Source of the DNA: an uncultured Nitrososphaerota archaeon | GTDB taxonomy: Archaea > Thermoproteota > Nitrososphaeria > Nitrososphaerales > Gagatemarchaeaceae | Assembly (NCBI GenBank): GCA_963718895.1 | Contig: CAVRAG010000004.1 | Coordinates: 256,001-320,000 of the forward strand | Length of the DNA stretch: 64,000 nt | Direction: 5' to 3' | Shown here: positions 57,398-64,000 of the stretch, piece by piece | Numbering within the stretch: position 1 is the first letter of the stretch | Layout of the letters: each line of letters begins with the position of its first letter | Translations under genes and position numbers: made by a program | Notes under the pieces: model-generated | Told to the model about the DNA's origin: nothing | Databases searched by the model: none | What the model saw: the letters and a program-made list of their open reading frames with translations, nothing else

Positions 57398-58111
57398 ATG
57401 AGCGCTACCCCAGCCCGAAGCTACACTCGCATCGCAATCGCCGTCGTCGTAGCGGCCGTCGTGATCGGGGCAGGAATAGTCGCCTCCATGTATCTCGCAG
57501 CGACGGCGACATCGACAGGTACGGTGACCGTCGGGCCCAGCCTCGCCCGGCTCTGCAACGAGCAGGTGTGGAGCGCCGGCAGCTCCCAGAGCAATGGGGA
57601 GGTCCCGGTGCTCCTCATGCAGCCCCTGTCGACGGCCTACGTCTGCGTGACCTACCAGTCGGAGTGGCAGGGAAGCGCGAACCAATATCACAGTGAGTAC
57701 ACTAGTGGCGGGACGGATCAGCTCGGCCTCTACATGAGTCCGGGACACTGCATGATGGTCGCGGTAGGGTCCAACGGGGAATCGGTCAGCTGCGCCGCCG
57801 GGGCCCCTAACCCCTTCATGACCAGCGGCCCCTTCTCGTTCCAGCCGTCGGCTGCCACCGACTACGTGACTGTGGTGTTCACGGTCAGCTCGCTGGGCAA
57901 CTCGACGGGGTTCTACGACTATGCGCCGTCGAATTCCTGTGGCTCGATGCCGATGGCGGTGGGTTACACGGCCTCCCAGCTGAACGCATCGGACTTCGGT
58001 CCCAGGGTACAGCCTCAGGGGTGCATGCCGCTCGCGTTGGAGCCCTCGTCTGTGAGCGTCGGCGGGATGAGCGTGGCACACGTCGCGCTCGAAGGCGCCT
58101 TCGACCTATGA
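57398..58111 (+). CDS. Membrane-anchored Cys-containing surface protein
   Basis: RSYTRIAIAVVVAAVVIGAG leader shared with 17765. Confidence 0.65.
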   Translation: MSATPARSYTRIAIAVVVAAVVIGAGIVASMYLAATATSTGTVTVGPSLARLCNEQVWSAGSSQSNGEVPVLLMQPLSTAYVCVTYQSEWQGSANQYHSEYTSGGTDQLGLYMSPGHCMMVAVGSNGESVSCAAGAPNPFMTSGPFSFQPSAATDYVTVVFTVSSLGNSTGFYDYAPSNSCGSMPMAVGYTASQLNASDFGPRVQPQGCMPLALEPSSVSVGGMSVAHVALEGAFDL

Positions 58112-58425
58112 GATGCAGGTCAAGGCCTCGCTTTATGTCGCTGGCCCTTCTGGCTCTGGGAGTCCTCACGACCGCCGCAGTGCTATTCAAAGTAAATTTC
58201 ACTCAGACCGGCTGCCAGCACGGTCCAGCCCCCAACCGCCTCAGGGCTGCGGCTACATCCCCCAACTGGTCCTGTTCGTCTGGGGCGAATACCTGGGGTT
58301 GGTCGACGACCTGTAGCTGATCTACCTCGGCTGCGCGGTCCTGGTCATCCGCTGGCTGGTGTACATTTGGCCGAGGGTCCTGAAGGAAAGCACCAAACTC
58401 CCATGAGGAGCGGCGCCTCCTGGCC

Positions 58426-58448
58426 GTTCGGACAAAGATGTATTAGTC
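58426..58448 (+). promoter_or_regulatory. Motif B variant
   Basis: gttcggacaaagatgtattagtc. Confidence 0.65.
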
Positions 58449-58480
58449 GCAGAATTCGCCTTACCACAAGGCGCTTCGGT

Positions 58481-59530
58481 TTGAGCTCTCAGTCGGTTCG
58501 GAGCTATCGCATGATTGCCGCGGCGATAATCATAGCGGGTGTGCTGATTTCAGCGAGTCTGTTTGTCGCCATCGGAGGAGCGAAGACAACGACCGTCACA
58601 ACCACTTCGACCGCGACCTGCACCGACAGAGGCTCCAACGCCACGAACGTCTCCTCCACCGATTGCAACCTGGGGATCACCCTGGGCCTTGCGGTCACTC
58701 CAGAGGTCCTAGCGGGACGGAACGAGACCTTCCACCTCTCGGTGACCAACGACCTAGCAAGGAGTTCCACTGTCAACTACACCAGCCTCCCCACCCTCCC
58801 CAACGGCCCCGCGCTGTCTTCTGTCGCGGCGAGTGTCGACATGTTCCCTCCGCCCCCCATCTGCGGTTACCCATCATTAGGCAACTACGTACCTGCCTAC
58901 ATAGTGATTTACAACGGGGCGGGCGTCCCGGTCCAGCTGACCGACTCTGCCATAGCGACATTGAGCTGCCTGCACGAAACGGGTGATTCCCTCTCGTTCA
59001 ACGCCTTCCAGACCATCACGGAGGACCTCAGCATAGGGGGCGTGTGGACGAGCACGGACGTGGACCAGCCTTGGATCAACGCGACCTACAGCCAGTTCAG
59101 CCCCGGGAACTATTTCGTGGTAGCTTTCGACGCATGGGGCCAGCTCGCCGAGCTGAACTTCTCGGTCGGCCTCAGTCCCAACGCGGACTATCTGACGGCC
59201 GGGACCATCTGCACCGGGCCTGGAGGCTACGTGCCGTGCTTTGGTGGAAGCATGCCCAACAATACCCCATACTTCTTCAACTGCGCAGCCGCGGCAGCGA
59301 CGCCACAGGGTTGCACCCAGAAAGTGACCTACACTGGAGTGCCTCTGGTCAGCCAGGTGCCGAGCTATGTGATCAACATCAGGTTCACCAACCAGACGGC
59401 TCCGTGGTGGGCCAACTGCCTGTGGAGCGTGCAGGGGACAACAGCCGGGCAGGAGTATGGGTACTGCATGATGGTCAGCTCCACCTCGTTCGCATTGGGA
59501 GAGCCGACCCCGCCGCCGGTCGGTGGATGA
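58481..59530 (+). CDS. Membrane-anchored surface protein (Ig-like plus Cys-rich domains)
   Basis: Shared leader; YFVVAFDAWGQ; FNCAAAAATPQGCT...YCMMVSSTSF. Confidence 0.75.
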   Translation: MSSQSVRSYRMIAAAIIIAGVLISASLFVAIGGAKTTTVTTTSTATCTDRGSNATNVSSTDCNLGITLGLAVTPEVLAGRNETFHLSVTNDLARSSTVNYTSLPTLPNGPALSSVAASVDMFPPPPICGYPSLGNYVPAYIVIYNGAGVPVQLTDSAIATLSCLHETGDSLSFNAFQTITEDLSIGGVWTSTDVDQPWINATYSQFSPGNYFVVAFDAWGQLAELNFSVGLSPNADYLTAGTICTGPGGYVPCFGGSMPNNTPYFFNCAAAAATPQGCTQKVTYTGVPLVSQVPSYVINIRFTNQTAPWWANCLWSVQGTTAGQEYGYCMMVSSTSFALGEPTPPPVGG

Positions 59531-59902
59531 CTCAGCACTGGCGCGCTGTTTACCTTGCCATGGCAACCGCTGTTAAATATCGATCCGCCCTGTTCTTGTG
59601 CTAAAAACAACGAACGACCGACGATTCGGACCCCGAAAGGGAACGGCATGAGAAGCTTGGCTTCTCAGGTCGTGCCGCACAGGATGCGGCAAACTGGCGA
59701 CGTGCAACGGCCCCATCTTCGGCCATAAATCGCCTCAGAAGTCATTCGATTTCTTTCAACTGAACGGGTAGCAATCTGCAAATCCTCTATCGATGTTGCC
59801 AAACTCAGTGGCAATGTTGCCACCATGTTGCCATTGGCAACATCTAGAATCCTGGGATAGCATGCCCTGTGGGGCTTTTCTAGGCTTCTGCACTCCTTTG
59901 CG

Positions 59903-61621
59903 ATGGACGAAGAGAACTCTGTCCAGAAAGAGACTCCGAAGACGAGAATAGGAGACTCCAAGACGGTTTCGTCCCCGGATGTCAAGCAGGAACCTGCCTT
60001 TTCTGAGGTTCCAAGCGACGCCGGGTCTCAGGCGGAAGGGACGGAAGGTCAGGTGAGCATCGAACGGACGGATGAGGCGACCCAGACGACGCTGGCAAGG
60101 TTCAACGAGGTTCAGGGTTCAGCAAAACCAGCAAGCGCGCCGCCGAGCGAGAGGGAACAGTTCGAATCAAATCCGACTGTGCTCGAAACAAGAGTCTATG
60201 GTCACACGTACACGAAGAAGAATGGGGAGCTTGGCTCGAACCTGATGTTCAGACTGCCTTGGCGGAAGCTCAGAAGCCCCGAGGGAGCGAGGCTGGAGGC
60301 CGAGAAGCTCTACCGAGTATCCGGGAAGGTCGATGGAGACTTCGAGTTCGAAAGCTACGTCCAAACGACCGGATTCCGGTCACTGATTGTCTACGTGCCC
60401 GTGAAGTACGCCGATAGGGTAAGACCCTCGGAGGTTCACAAGCTTTCCATCCTCGGAGTCGCCTTGGTAGAGACGAAGAAGCCGGTTGGCGAGCTCGTGA
60501 ATGGGATTCGCATCACGTCTTGGAGGAGGTTCGCCAGGTCGAAGTATGTGGACGAGGTTAACGGAGAGGAATTTGGCGATGGGCCGCCGAGGCAGCTAAG
60601 TGAAATCGAGAGGTCATGGCTCGCTGGGGTCATTGATGGAGAGGGCTCGATCTTCATTACGAAGTTGAACAGAGGGCTGGCTGCCCAGAGAAGACGCGGC
60701 TTCGCCTATGCTCCTGCCATCAATCTCAGCAGCTCCAACGAGGAGTTTGCGAGAAAGGTGAGGGACGTGATTGGAAGGGGATCGGTGAATTTCCAAGAGG
60801 AGCGGCGGTATGAGTGGAAGGATAGATGGTGCTACCGAGGCGCTGCCATGGTCCTTCGGGGGCTGTTGCCACAGCTAGTGACTCACCTGCTCATCAAGAG
60901 GGAGGCTGCAGAGAGTATGCTGGAGTACCTTGCATTCGTCGATGCACACCCAATCAACGGTCTCATGGACATTCCAGCAGGCTACTATGAGAAGGTAGAT
61001 TCGCTGTACTTGGCGCTCAAGAAGAAGAACGAGAAAGGAAAGGACCTCTCGGATGAAGAACTGGCTACTCTGCTCGCGTTGCCGAAAGGGTTGAAGAGAA
61101 AGGGGCGGGGTTCCAGGGCGACCGAATGCCGGACTCTCACAGAAGAAGAGATTGTTTGGCTGGCAGGTGTCATAGATGGAGAAGGGGCGATATTTCTCTC
61201 CAAGGTCGTTCATCCTGCGTACAGCAGAGGATACTTCTACAGGCCGCAGCTCAGTGTGACCAACTCCAACCGGCAGTTCTGCGTGAAGGTGATGGAGATT
61301 ATAGGGGAAGGGACAGTGAATCTAGCTCGTAGAGGGGACGCGGTGACCAGGACGAGATGGGAGTATCAGGCGAACTCTGGCGTCTTACGTGCGATTCTGC
61401 CCCAGGTTATGCCCTACTTGATTATCAAACGTGGGGTTGCCGGTCACGTCCTCGAGTACCTTCGATTTGTAAGGGAGAGCTACGCGCCCAGCAGAAGTGC
61501 CCAGCCCGGCTGGTATTATGAGAAGTTGGATACGCTTTACGGAATGATAAAGAGGCTGAACGAGAAGGGGAAGAAACCCAGCCCGTCGGCGGATGGTGCG
61601 GATACGCTAAATATTAGATAA
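59903..61621 (+). CDS. Free-standing double-motif LAGLIDADG endonuclease-like protein with long N-terminal extension
   Basis: WLAGVIDGEGSIFI and WLAGVIDGEGAIFL in two repeated domains, each with a (H/Y)L(L/I)IKR motif. Confidence 0.8.
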   Translation: MDEENSVQKETPKTRIGDSKTVSSPDVKQEPAFSEVPSDAGSQAEGTEGQVSIERTDEATQTTLARFNEVQGSAKPASAPPSEREQFESNPTVLETRVYGHTYTKKNGELGSNLMFRLPWRKLRSPEGARLEAEKLYRVSGKVDGDFEFESYVQTTGFRSLIVYVPVKYADRVRPSEVHKLSILGVALVETKKPVGELVNGIRITSWRRFARSKYVDEVNGEEFGDGPPRQLSEIERSWLAGVIDGEGSIFITKLNRGLAAQRRRGFAYAPAINLSSSNEEFARKVRDVIGRGSVNFQEERRYEWKDRWCYRGAAMVLRGLLPQLVTHLLIKREAAESMLEYLAFVDAHPINGLMDIPAGYYEKVDSLYLALKKKNEKGKDLSDEELATLLALPKGLKRKGRGSRATECRTLTEEEIVWLAGVIDGEGAIFLSKVVHPAYSRGYFYRPQLSVTNSNRQFCVKVMEIIGEGTVNLARRGDAVTRTRWEYQANSGVLRAILPQVMPYLIIKRGVAGHVLEYLRFVRESYAPSRSAQPGWYYEKLDTLYGMIKRLNEKGKKPSPSADGADTLNIR

Positions 61622-61635
61622 GATGATGGAGAATA

Positions 61636-62391
61636 TTACGACTCCTGGATGCGCGGCGCCAAAAAATAGGAAATTATTGCACCTTGTTCGTTGAGCTTGA
61701 AGGTCAGCTTCGCAGGCTTCTTGCTCGAGAACTGGAGCAGCACGGTCTCGGCGGTGCTGCCTAGTGCCCGCGAAATACTCATGAAATAGTCAATGTTGTA
61801 GCTCGCCTTGGCCTCCGCCTTCACGTCCATCTCCAATACGTCTGCCCCGTTCTTGTCCAGCTGGATCGTGGCCGCCCCGATGTCTGACTTGCCGCCGAAC
61901 GAGACGCCCTCCTTCAGCGCGCTGATCGCGACCTGGTCTGCGACCACGGAGATGTCGCCCAAGACCTTCTCGAAGACGCTCTTGCTCATGGAGATGCTGG
62001 CGTCGAAGTCGAGCTTCGGGAGAGGCGCGGTCCCGGACGTGCTCTCGATTAGGTGGATCCTGAACTCCCTCTTGTAGCCGTTCATCAGCCTCAGGAGGAG
62101 CGCGTCCTCTTCGGTGGACGTCAGCTCGATGCTGTCCTTCGAGTCGGTCCTCCCGATCAGCTTCACAAAGTCCTCCACGCGGATGCTGAACTTGAACGGC
62201 TTGTCGCACTCGTACTTCTCGAACGCGACCGCTGGCCAGGCCAAGTCGACCAGAGCTATGTGGGAAGGGTCCATCGCCCTGAAGATGAGCGCCTCGCTGC
62301 TCGCCTCGAAGGTAGCCTCCTCCACGAGGGTCTTGATTGCAGAAGCGACGGCCTTCCATTCGACAGCGCTTGAGGTCTTTGTAAACAGCAA
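61636..62391 (-). CDS. pcn: DNA polymerase sliding clamp PCNA
   Basis: RAMDPSHIALVDL, C-terminal YFLAPR. Confidence 0.95.
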   Translation of the reverse strand: MLFTKTSSAVEWKAVASAIKTLVEEATFEASSEALIFRAMDPSHIALVDLAWPAVAFEKYECDKPFKFSIRVEDFVKLIGRTDSKDSIELTSTEEDALLLRLMNGYKREFRIHLIESTSGTAPLPKLDFDASISMSKSVFEKVLGDISVVADQVAISALKEGVSFGGKSDIGAATIQLDKNGADVLEMDVKAEAKASYNIDYFMSISRALGSTAETVLLQFSSKKPAKLTFKLNEQGAIISYFLAPRIQES

Positions 62392-62709
62392 AGGAATCCG
62401 ACGCGGGTTCGAGGGCTAGCCGTAATTAGCTTTTGGGTTGCCCAGTTCTGGTAGCTTAGCGTCACCTCCGAAGAAGTCTTCTGGGTGTTAACTGCCGTCA
62501 CCCCGTTTAGTTCGGGACCAGCGGACCAAGGATCGCAAGAGGCGAACTGAAAAGCCTCAGGGGCCCTAGGAAATACTCTGCGGTGGCCGCTGGAATCAAG
62601 GTCGAGGGCGAGAAAAGTGGATTACCCTAATCCAGAACGCGGCAAGCCGTAAGACGTCGGACCCGATGTTACGAGGATTAATTAGCCCCTCCCAGCCAAG
62701 AAATGCAAG

Positions 62710-63069
62710 ATGGCCGAACTTAGTGGCTGGCTCTACGACCAGCTCAGAGAAATCCCACGCGGGGCGGACCCGATCACCCTCGTGGAATGGTCTCGCATCA
62801 TAGAGAGGAAGGCCATCGAGTGCTGCCGCGACTTCGACAAGACGCGCATCCGGTTCAAAGGAACAGTCGCCAAAGGCAGATTCGCGCTTGGTATAGATGC
62901 CAGGGATTCCGCCACGATGCTGTGCCTGCTCACGGCTATTCAAGACCACCTTGACCTGATGCCAAGGATGACCAAGGAGTTCTATACCGTGGTCATGATT
63001 ACGTTGGCTTCGCAAGCGGAGAAGAACGGGCTTATCAACGAACATCCGGCGTCAGGTCACGAAAGTTAA
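62710..63069 (+). CDS. Hypothetical protein
   Basis: 119 aa ORF, no recognisable motif. Confidence 0.45.
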   Translation: MAELSGWLYDQLREIPRGADPITLVEWSRIIERKAIECCRDFDKTRIRFKGTVAKGRFALGIDARDSATMLCLLTAIQDHLDLMPRMTKEFYTVVMITLASQAEKNGLINEHPASGHES

Positions 63070-63203
63070 CAGGGCGAAGTAACAACAGGTGACGCTGTTA
63101 CCAGAGTCGGGTCGCCCGCAAGAACGAACTGACAGAATGCGGATTCGACTGAACTGTTTCCGGCGATGAAACCTTCCCCCGACCCAAGATTCGCGCCGTG
63201 CTA

Positions 63204-63623
63204 CTACGGGACCAACCCGCCACAAGCCGTCGCGCTTCCGCTCGGAGCTGATGTGTTGCGTATTTCCAGGGGATAAGGACCATTGACGGTGTAGACACTC
63301 ACCGTTAGGGTGCCGTTGGAGTTGTCGAGCTTGCTCGCCTGTGCACAGAAATAGACTCCACCTTTGTCGTAGTCACCGGGGGATATCTGGACCGACACGA
63401 TTCTTGAGCTGTTTCCCGTCCCCGCATAGCCTCCCGTCCCGACCTGGTTCTGCGGCGCAGGCCCGCCCCAATATGAGGTCCACGACACCTGCCAGGGCCC
63501 CTGATAGGCGACCTGAACCTGGAAATCGAAGGTCTTTGGATACAGCTCAACGGCTGCGAACGATGCGGCGATGATTGTGACCATGACTATTATTACAAGA
63601 AGAACCCTGCGTGTGCCGAGCAC
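63204..63623 (-). CDS. Membrane-anchored surface protein
   Basis: N-terminal TM; preceded by motif B. Confidence 0.6.
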   Translation of the reverse strand: MLGTRRVLLVIIVMVTIIAASFAAVELYPKTFDFQVQVAYQGPWQVSWTSYWGGPAPQNQVGTGGYAGTGNSSRIVSVQISPGDYDKGGVYFCAQASKLDNSNGTLTVSVYTVNGPYPLEIRNTSAPSGSATACGGLVP

Positions 63624-63653
63624 TTTGAGATACGGTGCGAGGTCTGCTGAGTC

Positions 63654-63674
63654 GTGATTAATGGCTTTGTCCGA
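63654..63674 (-). promoter_or_regulatory. Motif B
   Basis: tcggacaaagccattaatcac. Confidence 0.7.
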
Positions 63675-64000
63675 TAAGGCTTATCTGCTTCGGTCCTCAC
63701 ATCCAAGCTGGAGGGGGCTACGGTGGGATTTGAGCCGAACATTCACAGTGAGGAGGGCGAGGACGGAGGATATCGGGTCCGTAAAGCGGATGGTTCGTAC
63801 GTGGTTGCGTTTTGCTCCCGCGAGTGGAAGGACTGAGTCGATCAAGAGTTCGATTTCAAAGAAGGAACTCCTCGTAGCCGAAGTGGGTTCCAGAGTGGTG
63901 GGGTTCATTCACTGTGATACACGACGACATCATAGATGGGGCCCCGAACTCTTTCATTACGGCATTCTACGTGTCGCCCGCGTACAGAGGCGCCGGTGCG

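Noticed and set aside
58108-58406. Recoded in-frame TAG in a small membrane ORF
   Set aside because: It also needs a frameshift; more simply a decayed gene, and no pyrrolysine machinery is seen
63899-63981. Further motif A and C copies (ggggttcatt; ttctacgtg)
   Set aside because: Matches are too short and lie at the window edge

Overview
GC-rich archaeal DNA. The rpl10e, dph2-csl4-rpoL-tfs, gins15-priS and pcn genes and the DUF6659-like protein suggest a Nitrososphaerota (thaumarchaeal) lineage; this is inference. The left edge carries a stand-alone Cas1-like gene with an N-terminal CxxC extension and no CRISPR array or other cas gene in the window, followed by an NDT-like gene and rpl10e. 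Directly downstream of rpl10e begins a ~49.5 kb accessory island (~2350-51900) that looks like an array of gene cassettes. It holds 8 toxin-antitoxin pairs, many paralogous membrane-anchored or secreted proteins, membrane-tethered regulators, two truncated TatC-like genes and an Ehr (hydrogenase-4-like, no Ni ligands) operon. The cassettes are punctuated by a modular repeat family: motif A GGGTTCATTGCGCCTCCGCCGG, motif C CTCCGGCTTTTACGTGCGAACCGCGCCGGGCCCCGAGGCC, an attC-like ~97 bp hairpin, and a promoter-like motif B GTTCGGACAAAACTATTAATCAC found ~19 times. Four displaced fragments of rpl10e also lie in the array; the two nearest differ from the resident gene almost only at synonymous sites. 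The best hypothesis is an integron-like, additive cassette-capture locus anchored on rpl10e, possibly driven by the Cas1-like protein (untested). A second insertion (AlkZ-like, secreted proteins, double LAGLIDADG protein) splits the normally adjacent pcn and priS genes.
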